The notes beneath the pieces were generated by a model. It did not search any database. It was not told the DNA's origin and saw only the letters and a program-made list of their open reading frames with translations. A DNA stretch of 63,212 nucleotides from a virus, in the IMG/VR virus record IMGVR_UViG_3300045988_149942. One strand, written 5' to 3'. Positions 1 to 9,261 of this stretch are shown one piece after another (position 1 is the first letter of the stretch; each line of letters opens with the position of its first letter). The position numbers and the translations under genes are program-made.

Positions 1-99
1 AATTGGAATATTTTAATAAATGGCCTCGGACAAAAAACTAAAGTCCCTATTATCAGTACTTTAGCTTATTGGAATTATTTTCCAAAAAAAAAAAAAAAG
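1..99. repeat. 99-bp terminal direct repeat, identical to 63114-63212 (circular assembly overlap or terminal redundancy; unique length 63113 bp)
   Basis: Base-by-base match of window start and end, including the A15 run. Confidence 0.95.
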
Positions 100-340
100 T
101 TTTGCACCCCATTTTTACGGAGATACCCAGAAAATGACAACTTTTTTTTTGAGGGCACACCAGATCAGCCAGTTCGATGCGCTTATTGAACTGGATTTTT
201 TTTTGCAAGGTCTCGGGAGTTTTTTTTTTATTTCTTAAAAAAATTTAAAAATACTACTTTCCTTTTGTTACACTTTCCCGAAATTCCGACTTGGGTGAAA
301 AAAAATATCCAATTTGCTTGCACATGTAAAAAACGTTTCT

Positions 341-348
341 TACATTTG
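341..348 (+). promoter_or_regulatory. Bacteroidota-type -7 promoter box TACATTTG(CA)
   Basis: TAnnTTTG match 23 nt upstream of ATG 371 in an AT-rich intergenic region. Confidence 0.5.
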
Positions 349-370
349 CAGAAGTTAAACATTAAACATC

Positions 371-694
371 ATGTCTATACCTTTAAATAAAGAAGTTTTC
401 GAGGAGTACATGGAGGCATGCCTCATCTCTCCGACCCTTCGTGTCTGCATGGCGCCGGGTACGGTCACGCTCTTGGGCTTGATGGAGTCCTTCAAGTCTT
501 GGTGCGATGCGAAGAAGAAGCCGATCTACGGACGACTGACGTTAGTGGAGTTCAGCCGCATCGTGCGGGCATGCGGTTTCGAGGTATTCCGGTACCGCGG
601 CCGCCACAAGCCACTGAATGTTTCACTTTTCAGCGCGGAGGACTCCCTTCGGCTGTACAATAACGACGGAGAGTATGTCAAGGTACAACAATGA
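371..694 (+). CDS. hypothetical protein (first gene of left operon)
   Basis: 107-aa ORF directly downstream of promoter box. Confidence 0.6.
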   Translation: MSIPLNKEVFEEYMEACLISPTLRVCMAPGTVTLLGLMESFKSWCDAKKKPIYGRLTLVEFSRIVRACGFEVFRYRGRHKPLNVSLFSAEDSLRLYNNDGEYVKVQQ

Positions 695-911
695 TTTCTG
701 GGGCCCGAAGATGCAGGCATACTTCGCGGCGAAGGACTGGGTTCCGAGGGTGGACCCGCACCATATATATAGAGGTCACGTTGCGGTGGACGCGATCATC
801 GCAGAGATCGAGCCGAAACCGTATCGGCCGAAGTTCTTTGAGGTGATACGGAATCTTGGCTACGAAATCGTAGAATCCAAAGTCAGAGTATATGGTTCCG
901 TACAGCCATAA
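675..911 (+). CDS. hypothetical protein
   Basis: ORF 618..911 trimmed to internal ATG (675; alternative 711) to limit overlap. Confidence 0.45.
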   Translation: MSRYNNDFWGPKMQAYFAAKDWVPRVDPHHIYRGHVAVDAIIAEIEPKPYRPKFFEVIRNLGYEIVESKVRVYGSVQP

Positions 912-1218
912 CGAGGAGCTCTTCCACCGCTTTGAGATGAAGCGGAATATGAGCCCGTACCGCAGGGAGACGGATCGTCGGCACTGCCTGAGCTTCGATA
1001 CGCTATACGGACGCTTCTTGGCCGATAACAAGGACGAGACGTTTCTGCCTCCCATGAGCAAAAAGGCTTTCGGAGCTCTCCTGAACCACTTCGGCTACTA
1101 CCGCTCTCACAACGCTCACGACCGATACTCGTATGCGGTTTTCACTCCCTACATCGACTTCGTTTCGGAACAAGAGGATTTAAGAGAACTTTACGAATAC
1201 CTGAATGAACACTTATAG
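892..1218 (+). CDS. hypothetical protein
   Basis: 108-aa ORF in co-directional array. Confidence 0.55.
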   Translation: MVPYSHNEELFHRFEMKRNMSPYRRETDRRHCLSFDTLYGRFLADNKDETFLPPMSKKAFGALLNHFGYYRSHNAHDRYSYAVFTPYIDFVSEQEDLRELYEYLNEHL

Positions 1219-1414
1219 ACTCAGACAGCTACGCGCGGCCGCTAAGGAGCACCTCCGCCTGATCCCGGTCAGGGAGGGAGGGTGTGTGCTCAGGGTTGGG
1301 GAGACGCTGGTGGCCGTGTATTCCAACGTGGCGAAAGCGAGAGTGGAGTTGATCGCGCGGCGGAGAGAGTGGATTTTGAACCAAACTAAACCTAAACGAT
1401 ATGAAAGATTTTAA
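1205..1414 (+). CDS. hypothetical protein
   Basis: 69-aa ORF with short overlaps to neighbours. Confidence 0.5.
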   Translation: MNTYRLRQLRAAAKEHLRLIPVREGGCVLRVGETLVAVYSNVAKARVELIARRREWILNQTKPKRYERF

Positions 1415-1688
1415 GGTAATCGGAAAACGTTACGTCCGGGCGCGTAGGGCGCACGTCTGCGAGTTTTGCGAGCGCGAAATCGGGGCCGGGGACTTGTACT
1501 ACGAGGAGTGCCGGAAGAAGGATGGTATTTTTAGGGTAAAACTCCACATCTCGTGCTCTAAATCCGGGGCCAGTGACCGTCAGGAGTTCCGGAAGAAAGT
1601 GTACGAGTTCGGGAGCTTCTTCGACTCTTGGGAGAAGCGGCTGTTAAAAGCGAAGAAGGCATGGCTTTCGAATCTTACCAGCAACTAA
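1401..1688 (+). CDS. hypothetical Cys-rich protein
   Basis: 95-aa ORF with CEFC...C...C pattern. Confidence 0.55.
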   Translation: MKDFKVIGKRYVRARRAHVCEFCEREIGAGDLYYEECRKKDGIFRVKLHISCSKSGASDRQEFRKKVYEFGSFFDSWEKRLLKAKKAWLSNLTSN

Positions 1689-2047
1689 CCTCGATTGCGG
1701 GCATGGCCTGCGAGCTTCTGGACAGACACGGGGAATACGACTTGCAGAAGAAGTGCCCCGTTGCGGCGGACCCTGCGTTCTTCGCAAGGGAGCTCGCCCT
1801 GATCCAACTGGAGTTGGGCCGGGTTCTGCTGGCGGCGGAGTCGGAGGGCTGGATGCAGGAGGGGGCCTTGGAAGGGATGGGGAGTGGGAACTACAAGACC
1901 ATCTACGAGAACAAGATTCAATTCACGGTCGAGGACCGGGTTGCGGGCGCACTGCTCCGGCTCTTGGCTTTTTGCGGAAAATACGGCATCGACATCGGGA
2001 GAGTGATGTCGGCGCGACTAAGACACGATTACAATGAAAAAACCTGA
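1661..2047 (+). CDS. putative MazG-like all-alpha NTP pyrophosphohydrolase
   Basis: VEDRVAGALLRLLAFCGKYGIDIGRVMSARL resembles the MazG EELADVL..GIDL helix pair; start trimmed to ATG 1661. Confidence 0.5.
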   Translation: MAFESYQQLTSIAGMACELLDRHGEYDLQKKCPVAADPAFFARELALIQLELGRVLLAAESEGWMQEGALEGMGSGNYKTIYENKIQFTVEDRVAGALLRLLAFCGKYGIDIGRVMSARLRHDYNEKT

Positions 2048-2189
2048 TGCTATCTGGATGCAGATGTTCTGCGCGTTTGTCGGTCAGGAGTGGAGCGACG
2101 AGATGGAGTTCGAGGAGATTTGTGAAGTGGTAGACAAGGCTTATGAGGCAGTTGATAAGCACTTTGCGGGGAAGAGCGAGCTGGGTTAG
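2034..2189 (+). CDS. small hypothetical protein (51 aa)
   Basis: ATG ORF read manually (MKKPDAIWMQMFCAF...), below the track cutoff, fills a gap. Confidence 0.3.
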   Translation: MKKPDAIWMQMFCAFVGQEWSDEMEFEEICEVVDKAYEAVDKHFAGKSELG

Positions 2190-2520
2190 AATCCGGAAGG
2201 CTTTCCCGGGGGAGGAGGACGAGAACCGGGAGGCTCTGATCGAGCTCGGCATCCCGGTCGTGGGGAGGCGGGCTTTGATATGCTGGCCGGAGGAGACCGA
2301 CACTCCTACCTTCTACGTTCTTAACTTCATGGTCGAAAAGGGGCTTTACGCTCGTCCCGGCTACGCTACAAGGTGTTCGAGCCAGCCCGTTTCGGTCCTT
2401 TACCCTCTCTACCGGGACTGGTGTCCGGCCCCGGTTACTAAGCGAGAATTTTTAGAGGAAATTTCCAAGCTGGGGTTTCCTATTGTCAGGAATTTTATTT
2501 ACTTTTACACATTGCTATGA
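2143..2520 (+). CDS. hypothetical protein (start uncertain)
   Basis: 125-aa ORF; overlaps the small ORF upstream. Confidence 0.4.
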   Translation: MRQLISTLRGRASWVRIRKAFPGEEDENREALIELGIPVVGRRALICWPEETDTPTFYVLNFMVEKGLYARPGYATRCSSQPVSVLYPLYRDWCPAPVTKREFLEEISKLGFPIVRNFIYFYTLL

Positions 2521-3047
2521 AAACACAACACGTTATTTTTCCCGAAGACGGGAGTTTGGGCCGCATCGTTTCGGCCCAGTATTCGGAGGACAAAGGAGAT
2601 TTCATGCTCCTGATTGCCTGCATCGACGGTGAGGACCCGAGCGAACACACTCAGTTCCGGACGCGGCCTGCCTCTTCGGTTCACTACTATGAGATGGCGG
2701 ACATCACCCACGACGCTTTCGAGAAGACTTGGCCCGTGGTAGCGGCTGAAAGCGACGTGGAGCGCGTTAAGGATGACTACTACGACCACTTCGAGGACTG
2801 CGGCATGTTCGACACCCCGAATCAGAACAAGGAGGCGAAAGAGCCCCGTTCCGTTGCGTCCTACATCGCGGAGCATCTGGACGAGATCAAACAAGCGTTC
2901 AAAGCCAACTTTCCGGACGATAAGTTTTCGACGCCCGTGCTCGAAGACATAATTCCTCAAGGAGACGGCACTCTTACTCTGAGGCTCAAATCGGGCGACC
3001 ACATCTTCTTCCATTCGGTTCCACTCTTTGACATTATGGGGGTATGA
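2517..3047 (+). CDS. hypothetical protein
   Basis: 176-aa ORF with ATGA overlap coupling. Confidence 0.6.
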   Translation: MKTQHVIFPEDGSLGRIVSAQYSEDKGDFMLLIACIDGEDPSEHTQFRTRPASSVHYYEMADITHDAFEKTWPVVAAESDVERVKDDYYDHFEDCGMFDTPNQNKEAKEPRSVASYIAEHLDEIKQAFKANFPDDKFSTPVLEDIIPQGDGTLTLRLKSGDHIFFHSVPLFDIMGV

Positions 3048-3316
3048 GTTACGAGGAACTGAGACAACTGGCTCCGGGCACTCTGGTCCGGGTTAAAGGG
3101 GGCGTGTATGACTACATGTTTCTTCAAGGCGCCTCTCCCTTCGACCACATGATCCGGGTTGAGATGAACGGAGTGACCCAGAATGTCGATCCGAGCCAAG
3201 TCAGCAGTCTTACTGTGTACGACACGGCTATGATTAAGCGGATGTACGAGGCTGTCTTCCCTGACGAGGACACGCGATTTAATCAGGTAGTGGAATTTAT
3301 CGAAAAACTGAAATAA
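3044..3316 (+). CDS. hypothetical protein
   Basis: 90-aa ORF with ATGA overlap coupling. Confidence 0.6.
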   Translation: MSYEELRQLAPGTLVRVKGGVYDYMFLQGASPFDHMIRVEMNGVTQNVDPSQVSSLTVYDTAMIKRMYEAVFPDEDTRFNQVVEFIEKLK

Positions 3317-4413
3317 TGAAACACATCACATTCATGGTCGTGCGAATCGAGGCGACCGAAAAGGGAGAGTATATGACCGTCATCGGCGACAACGACACGA
3401 AGCTGTCGCTCCCGGCCGTACACATGGACAGCATCGACATCGGCCGCCACATCGAAGTGGGCCTGCACGAGCCTTCGAACCGGGTCCAGATGGTCAAGGT
3501 CGGCGAGAAGACCCTCTGGAACTACACCGACGAGGAGATGAAGACCCAGATCAGGAAGGAGAAGACGGAGAAGTTCGCCAAGATGAAGGAGGCTTACGAG
3601 GGGGCGAAAGCCGCCTATCAGGAGGTCTATGACCAGCTTCCGAACATCTACAAGAAGCGTATCGACATCCGGCGCAATAACGGCGGCGAGGACTTCTCGA
3701 TTCTGTACGAGGCCCACGAGCTTTATGTGTGCGAGATGGCGGTGAAGCTGGCGCGTAAACTGGGAACGCCGGAGGAAGTCATGCGTTACACGACCCTGAG
3801 CAACGAGGATCGGAAGGCTCTTGTTCCTGAGATCGAGATTCCCGAGATCGGGGATTACGTCGGCGCCTCTTCGTTCGAGAACGTTATGATTCTGGCCTAC
3901 TGGCATCTTGCCGAGCCGGGAGTCGTGCCCTACATCCCCGGAACCCCCGTGAAGCTGGGTCTGGTCCCGGCGCACGAATACGGAGAGCCGCCCTATGCTA
4001 TATCGCGGGCCGTGATTTCGGAGCTCGCCATCAAGAATCCGAAGCCTTCGCTCGTGGCTATGTCGCTCAATGCGATGGAGTACATGGACGAGATCGACGA
4101 GATCGACGAGGCGCTTCTGGATTCGTGCAAGAAGGCGAACATCATCGTGGTCACGGGCTACTCCGACGACTGCGTGGAGTTCGACGGCGCCGTGAGCGAC
4201 GAGTTCTCGGAGGGCAAGATCGCGTACATCGACGGGAAGTGGATTCAGACGGAAGAGGTACCGGAAGGAACGCCCTACGTCACGGCCCAGTACAACGAGG
4301 CGGGAGGCTGGACCTTCGGTGCCGAGAACTTCGATGCGCACGAGTTCGTGGTCTGTGAACAAGGAGAAATCATCGGAAATGGTCTTGTCATTAACGTCAA
4401 CGCCCTACTGTAA
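3316..4413 (+). CDS. hypothetical protein (365 aa)
   Basis: Long ORF; the antisense ORF 3283..4362 has a low-complexity R/L/V-rich translation. Confidence 0.7.
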   Translation: MKHITFMVVRIEATEKGEYMTVIGDNDTKLSLPAVHMDSIDIGRHIEVGLHEPSNRVQMVKVGEKTLWNYTDEEMKTQIRKEKTEKFAKMKEAYEGAKAAYQEVYDQLPNIYKKRIDIRRNNGGEDFSILYEAHELYVCEMAVKLARKLGTPEEVMRYTTLSNEDRKALVPEIEIPEIGDYVGASSFENVMILAYWHLAEPGVVPYIPGTPVKLGLVPAHEYGEPPYAISRAVISELAIKNPKPSLVAMSLNAMEYMDEIDEIDEALLDSCKKANIIVVTGYSDDCVEFDGAVSDEFSEGKIAYIDGKWIQTEEVPEGTPYVTAQYNEAGGWTFGAENFDAHEFVVCEQGEIIGNGLVINVNALL

Positions 4414-4645
4414 GCATTGCCAGTGGTGGGAGGTCCGGAACCGACGGGGTTTCTGCTGGAAACTGGATGCTCCGATACCGGGAAAGTCTCGTATTTGCGA
4501 AGAATTTAAGCATTACGACGGGAATTTCCGGCCGACATGCTTCTGGTGTGGAAAAAGATTCACAATCGAGTGCCCTGACCCGGTAAAACGGGAACGGGGC
4601 CTCGGATGTGATGCGTTTAAACTTAAAAACCATGAGAACAAGTGA
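4379..4645 (+). CDS. hypothetical Cys-rich protein
   Basis: ORF 4319..4645 trimmed to ATG 4379; multiple CxxC-like pairs. Confidence 0.5.
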   Translation: MVLSLTSTPYCKHCQWWEVRNRRGFCWKLDAPIPGKSRICEEFKHYDGNFRPTCFWCGKRFTIECPDPVKRERGLGCDAFKLKNHENK

Positions 4646-4940
4646 GGAGACAAGCCGAATTAAGGCCATTTTGAGAGCCGAGCGCGACCGAAACACCTCC
4701 GCGCCCTTCCTCTACGACGCGAAACTGGCGTTTTTAGAGGACCCGGAGACCGATCCCTTCGATTTCTGTTATGCCTACGCCTCCCAGATTCGAAACATCG
4801 GCGCTGAGGATCAGATTTCGTATCATCGGGCGGTGGAAATAGCTACTTCGGCGAGAGAAGCGGTGAGGCTTTGGCTTTCTGAGGCTCTTCCTGATGACGT
4901 TTTCTTGTGTACGGAACGAAGCAACTGGCCTTGGGAATGA
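4632..4940 (+). CDS. hypothetical protein
   Basis: ORF 4608..4940 trimmed to ATG 4632. Confidence 0.5.
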   Translation: MRTSEETSRIKAILRAERDRNTSAPFLYDAKLAFLEDPETDPFDFCYAYASQIRNIGAEDQISYHRAVEIATSAREAVRLWLSEALPDDVFLCTERSNWPWE

Positions 4941-5725
4941 AAGACAACCCTTACAGCAACAAAGCGGCGGCCCGAGTATGGCAAGAGGGCTATATGGAGG
5001 CATGCCGGGACATGGAGCACTGGCGAAAAGTGCGCTACGGCAAGAGGAAAGACTTCTTGGGGGACGATATTCCCATGAATATGGAGATCGTATTCAAGAT
5101 TCAGATCAACAACAAGCCGCGACTGTTCGTGGGGTTCCGATCCCGCAACAGACTCTACTACTACAATGGATTCTTCATGCTTCACGATGTTGGGAATGTC
5201 CATTGGCGATGCCTTTTCTTCCCTACTCAGTTCCGAGGCAAAGAGGGCTACTACGAGGGCCTCGATGCGGCCGGAAAAGAGGTCGGACTCAACAAAAATT
5301 ACGATGGAAACGACTACTTACGAGGAGACGCTCCAGATTATGAAGGAGAAAAACCCGAATCTGGAGTCGCTAATAAACGAGTTAAATCTACAACTACAAT
5401 GACGGAAATTATCGAAAAAATCAAGCAGTGGGTGCTTGATCGCAACCTCCAGACGGGAGACCCGCACATTCAGATGTGCAAAGTCATGGAAGAGCTCGGA
5501 GAGCTCGCCAAGGCCATCAACAAAAGGGACCGGGATCAGCAGATCGACGGGCTCGGCGATGTCATCGTCACTCTGGTATGCGTCGCCGAACAACTCGGCC
5601 TCAACATCGAGGAGTGCTGTCTGGCCGCCTACGACGAGATCAAAGACCGGAAAGGCAAGATGATCGACGGAGTGTTCGTGAAGGAAGCGGACCTCGCAAA
5701 AATGCAGGAGAATGGAGGAGAATAA
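4937..5725 (+). CDS. protein with C-terminal MazG-type nucleotide pyrophosphohydrolase domain
   Basis: C-terminus KVMEELGELAKAINK...IDGLGDVIVTLVCVAEQLGLNIEECCLAAYDEIKDRKG matches the MazG EExGE / DxLxDV pattern; ATGA overlap with the upstream stop. Confidence 0.7.
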   Translation: MKDNPYSNKAAARVWQEGYMEACRDMEHWRKVRYGKRKDFLGDDIPMNMEIVFKIQINNKPRLFVGFRSRNRLYYYNGFFMLHDVGNVHWRCLFFPTQFRGKEGYYEGLDAAGKEVGLNKNYDGNDYLRGDAPDYEGEKPESGVANKRVKSTTTMTEIIEKIKQWVLDRNLQTGDPHIQMCKVMEELGELAKAINKRDRDQQIDGLGDVIVTLVCVAEQLGLNIEECCLAAYDEIKDRKGKMIDGVFVKEADLAKMQENGGE

Positions 5726-5954
5726 GCCCCCGCTGGAAGAGATCAAGGCTCCCAGCTACGCCGAGGCCAAGGCTCGGATGGAGAACATCGTCGCGTCGGC
5801 CGTCATTGACTTCGTGCAACAGTGGGGCGGCGGAATTCTCGTCTCCATCGAGGCTTCGGCCAGCGAGGAGATCAAGACCGAAGCTGGCGGCAAGAGCATC
5901 CTGCGGAAGACGCGGCTGAATGAAATGACCGTGAAGCGATGGGAAGACAACTGA
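5712..5954 (+). CDS. hypothetical protein
   Basis: 80-aa ORF. Confidence 0.5.
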   Translation: MEENKPPLEEIKAPSYAEAKARMENIVASAVIDFVQQWGGGILVSIEASASEEIKTEAGGKSILRKTRLNEMTVKRWEDN

Positions 5955-6331
5955 TTGCCGGATGTGGAGCTTTTGTTGCATGCTCCATAACTGGGGCTCT
6001 TATGCACGACTGCCCCGGATGGAGCAAATGGCTGGCTGGCATCTTGATATTCACGGTCGCCATACTCTGGTCCCGGCCCCGGCCCAAGAAGAAGCACTGG
6101 TATTTCGTGGAGATGACATATTTCAGCCGGAATGGGATTGCGGTATTGAAGTCGGGCTGCGCTATCGCTCTGGATCGAAACGGCCGTACAGCAAATATGA
6201 GGACCTTGAAGAAGAGATTTGCTCCGGTCCACAAGTGGAGAGGCTGGTCTCGCCTCGATAGCAAATACCACAACGGAAGTGTATATTTGAGCCAGCTCTC
6301 GTATCCTGGCTATTTCGCTGAAAATCAGTGA
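5939..6331 (+). CDS. putative membrane protein
   Basis: 130-aa ORF with two hydrophobic segments (GCGAFVACSITGAL, LAGILIFTVAILW). Confidence 0.5.
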   Translation: MGRQLIAGCGAFVACSITGALMHDCPGWSKWLAGILIFTVAILWSRPRPKKKHWYFVEMTYFSRNGIAVLKSGCAIALDRNGRTANMRTLKKRFAPVHKWRGWSRLDSKYHNGSVYLSQLSYPGYFAENQ

Positions 6332-6350
6332 TTTGACATAAACGAAGCGA

Positions 6351-6381
6351 GGGGGGGGGCAGGGACGTCCCCCCCTTTTTA
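6351..6381 (+). terminator. Rho-independent terminator (G9 / C7 hairpin + T5)
   Basis: GGGGGGGGGcagggacgtCCCCCCCTTTTT immediately after the operon end. Confidence 0.7.
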
Positions 6382-6429
6382 TTTATAAAAATAATCCAAT
6401 TTTATTTTGGAATATCCAAAATGATGTTG

Positions 6430-6437
6430 TAGATTTG
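6430..6437 (+). promoter_or_regulatory. -7 promoter box TAGATTTG
   Basis: TAnnTTTG 28 nt upstream of ATG 6465. Confidence 0.5.
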
Positions 6438-6464
6438 TAGTCCAATCTTATAAAAATTTTCAAC

Positions 6465-6662
6465 ATGAGGAAAGAGGATAACAACGTACCTATGGACGAA
6501 ATCACCATCAACGGGAACCGCTGGTTCACGCGGGCTCAGTTGGCGCGGTTCTACAAGGTTTCGATGCAGACCACCTACAACTGGCAACATATCGGGTGGC
6601 TTGAGGAGAAGAAGATCGAAGGCGTGAAATTTTTCCGGCGCAAAGAAAATGTCGAAGCCTGA
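6465..6662 (+). CDS. helix-turn-helix DNA-binding protein (excisionase/MerR-like)
   Basis: FTRAQLARFYKVSMQTTYNWQHIGWL is HTH-like; 65 aa. Confidence 0.6.
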   Translation: MRKEDNNVPMDEITINGNRWFTRAQLARFYKVSMQTTYNWQHIGWLEEKKIEGVKFFRRKENVEA

Positions 6663-8133
6663 TTATGACATCTGCAAGACCTATCTCGTTGAAAATGTAG
6701 AGTTCCCGATGACCCTTTTCACTCAAGAGGTGAAAGAGGCCAAGAATCTGAACCACAAAATTCAAGCCGAGATCGCCATTGCCTATGACCGGGCGATGCG
6801 CAGATCGTATTTCAAGTTTCTTGAGGGTAGCATCTATGTCTTCGATGGCAAGATATACCGCCGCACCGGGATCGACGTGATCGAGTCCATCGTGACGGAC
6901 GTTATGGAGATAAAGGACCTGCCGCCGCTGTTTCAGGTCGAGTCGCCGAAGAAAATCGTGAGCCACTGCTTCCGCAAACTCATGCTGTCGGCGACACTGA
7001 CGCCTCGGCGTGGGATCGTGGCCTTCCAGAACTGCGTCCTCGACATCGACGCGGGGATCACGATGCCGCACTCTCCGGAACTTGAGTGTACGACGTACCT
7101 CGACTTCGTTTACGACAAGACGGCGACATGCCCGAAGTGGATGCAGTTTCTCTCGGAAGTCGTGCCGGGAGATGACCGGATCACATCATTGCAGGAGTTT
7201 CTCGGCGCGGCATTTGTGGATCGTAACGAGTTCTCTATTCAGGAGATGCTCTTCCTGATCGGCTCCGGCCAGAACGGTAAGGGTGTGTTCACGGGAACGA
7301 TCCGTAAGATGTTCGGCTTCGACCGGGGAACCGGAGACGGGCTGGCGATGGGATTCTCCGCGGTCGATTTGTTTAAACGCGGTCAAACCGAGTACAACAT
7401 GGCAGCCGTCAACGGAAAGTTACTCAACATCTGCGAGGATATGAGTAACGAGGACTTCTCCGGCGGCGACTGGAAGAAATTCGTGGCCGGAGAGCCTATG
7501 AAGGCGCGTGACCCGTATGGGAAGCCTTTCATGGCGACCCAGATTCCGCTTTTCATCGCGTCTCTGAACCAGTTCCCGAAGAGTATCTCGGACCGCTCCG
7601 ACGGTAACTATCGCCGCCACCTGATCGTCAACTTCGACGTGAAGATCAGCGACGACAAGAAAGACCCGGAGCTCGGGAAGAAGCTGGAATCGGAGAAGAG
7701 CGGCATTTTCAACTGGATTATGGAGGGCCGGAGGCGATTCATTCGCAACGGTGGAAAATTCACCCCGTCCAAGAGCAGTCAGTTGGCTGTGGAGAAACTT
7801 CGGGTGGATCAAGACTCACGACTCCAATGGCTCCGCGACTCTGGCTATGCGGCCACGTCGCACGGAGGCATCGGGAGCCGGGCGGCAAAGAGTGGGCAGG
7901 ACTTGTATCAGGACTACTGCAAGTATTGCCGCGACAACAATTACAATGCGTTCGGGTATAACGAGTTCGTCAAGCGACTGCGCGAGGAGAACTACGAGGT
8001 GTACCAACGCGGGGCAGAAATTACATTTTACGTCTACGAGGGTGTTTTCGACGACAATCTTTTCTATGACACTACGATCAAGGAGGAGGGAGCGCCGAAA
8101 TCAGTCGAGGATGACTTGGATTTACCTTTTTAA
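6649..8133 (+). CDS. primase-helicase, D5/P4-family NTPase
   Basis: 494 aa; Walker A LIGSGQNGKG, LLNICEDM Walker-B-like motif, layout typical of the phage/plasmid primase P4 C-terminal domain. Confidence 0.8.
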   Translation: MSKPDYDICKTYLVENVEFPMTLFTQEVKEAKNLNHKIQAEIAIAYDRAMRRSYFKFLEGSIYVFDGKIYRRTGIDVIESIVTDVMEIKDLPPLFQVESPKKIVSHCFRKLMLSATLTPRRGIVAFQNCVLDIDAGITMPHSPELECTTYLDFVYDKTATCPKWMQFLSEVVPGDDRITSLQEFLGAAFVDRNEFSIQEMLFLIGSGQNGKGVFTGTIRKMFGFDRGTGDGLAMGFSAVDLFKRGQTEYNMAAVNGKLLNICEDMSNEDFSGGDWKKFVAGEPMKARDPYGKPFMATQIPLFIASLNQFPKSISDRSDGNYRRHLIVNFDVKISDDKKDPELGKKLESEKSGIFNWIMEGRRRFIRNGGKFTPSKSSQLAVEKLRVDQDSRLQWLRDSGYAATSHGGIGSRAAKSGQDLYQDYCKYCRDNNYNAFGYNEFVKRLREENYEVYQRGAEITFYVYEGVFDDNLFYDTTIKEEGAPKSVEDDLDLPF

Positions 8134-8144
8134 TCAAAACAACT

Positions 8145-8351
8145 ATGATTAAGCGAATCACCTATTATCTGATGCAGTGCGAGCGCTGTCAGGAGTTTCT
8201 TCGGGAGCAGGACGGAGTTAATGCCGACGGCTTCTCGTCGGTGGACGATGCCGAAAAAGCGGCAAAAGAGGCCGGATGGAGCGTCCAACCTGCATTTCAC
8301 CTCTGTCCCTCGTGCTGGGAAAAATACTCGAAGGAAAAGGCTGAAAAGTAG
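8145..8351 (+). CDS. zinc-ribbon protein
   Basis: 68 aa with CERC ... CPSC. Confidence 0.6.
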   Translation: MIKRITYYLMQCERCQEFLREQDGVNADGFSSVDDAEKAAKEAGWSVQPAFHLCPSCWEKYSKEKAEK

Positions 8352-8355
8352 CTCT

Positions 8356-9261
8356 ATGGACAAGCTCGATTTGAACTACGATGCGATCTTCGAGGATTTG
8401 CCACGAATCATGGGCTTAAACCTCAAGCGTCATGGCCGATTCTGGTATGGGAAGTACTATATCGACGGCACTCCCCATGCCTATCGGTATGACAAAATGG
8501 TGTGCACCCGTGACGCCTCCGGAGGGATCACGATTATGGAGCAGGGCGGAGACAGCATGCAGTTGTACAAATGGATGCAGTTGTATGGAGGATGCTCCTC
8601 CAGCAAAGAGACCTACGAGCGTCTCAAGTCCATGAGCGATGGTATTGTCATCAGCAAGCCTGAACCCGAGATTCCGACCAGATATGTGGAGCAATCCATT
8701 CTCGACGAGGCTATGGAGCGCATCGGTAGGCTCAAGGACCCGTTGTTTCGCTGGCTCTGCACCAAGTTCCCGGAAGAGAGGGTCGAAGAGGCTTACCGAA
8801 AGCTGGCGATCACTCCGTGCCGGGTTCCGCAGGGAACTGGAACCCAGTTCTGGTACATAGACGAGGAGCAACGGATTCTCCACGACAAAATCATCATTTA
8901 CAAGTCGGACGGTCACCGCGATCACAACTACGGAGGCGGCCGTATCTTCCGCACCGCTCAAGGTTACACTCAGCGATGCTACTTCGGCGAGCACCTCGGA
9001 ACCGACGGAAACCCGTATGTGGTGGAATCGGAGAAGACTGCTCTGCTGATATATCTCAATACCGGGCGCCGGGCTCTGGCGACGGGTGGAAGCGCGAACG
9101 TGCGCCGCATAAAGCGTAACTATCGACTGCTTCCTGACTACGACAAAGCGGGCATGGACTGGGTTCGATGGTTCCCGGATCAGGCTGTTAAATGGTGGGA
9201 AGGCATGCCCGATTTGAAAGAGGGCGATGACTTCGGAGACGTAATTTACAGATCATTATGA
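8356..9261 (+). CDS. Toprim-domain primase-like protein
   Basis: ORF 8221..9261 trimmed to ATG 8356; VVESEKTAL (Toprim Glu) and LLPDYDKAG (DxD) motifs. Confidence 0.6.
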   Translation: MDKLDLNYDAIFEDLPRIMGLNLKRHGRFWYGKYYIDGTPHAYRYDKMVCTRDASGGITIMEQGGDSMQLYKWMQLYGGCSSSKETYERLKSMSDGIVISKPEPEIPTRYVEQSILDEAMERIGRLKDPLFRWLCTKFPEERVEEAYRKLAITPCRVPQGTGTQFWYIDEEQRILHDKIIIYKSDGHRDHNYGGGRIFRTAQGYTQRCYFGEHLGTDGNPYVVESEKTALLIYLNTGRRALATGGSANVRRIKRNYRLLPDYDKAGMDWVRWFPDQAVKWWEGMPDLKEGDDFGDVIYRSL

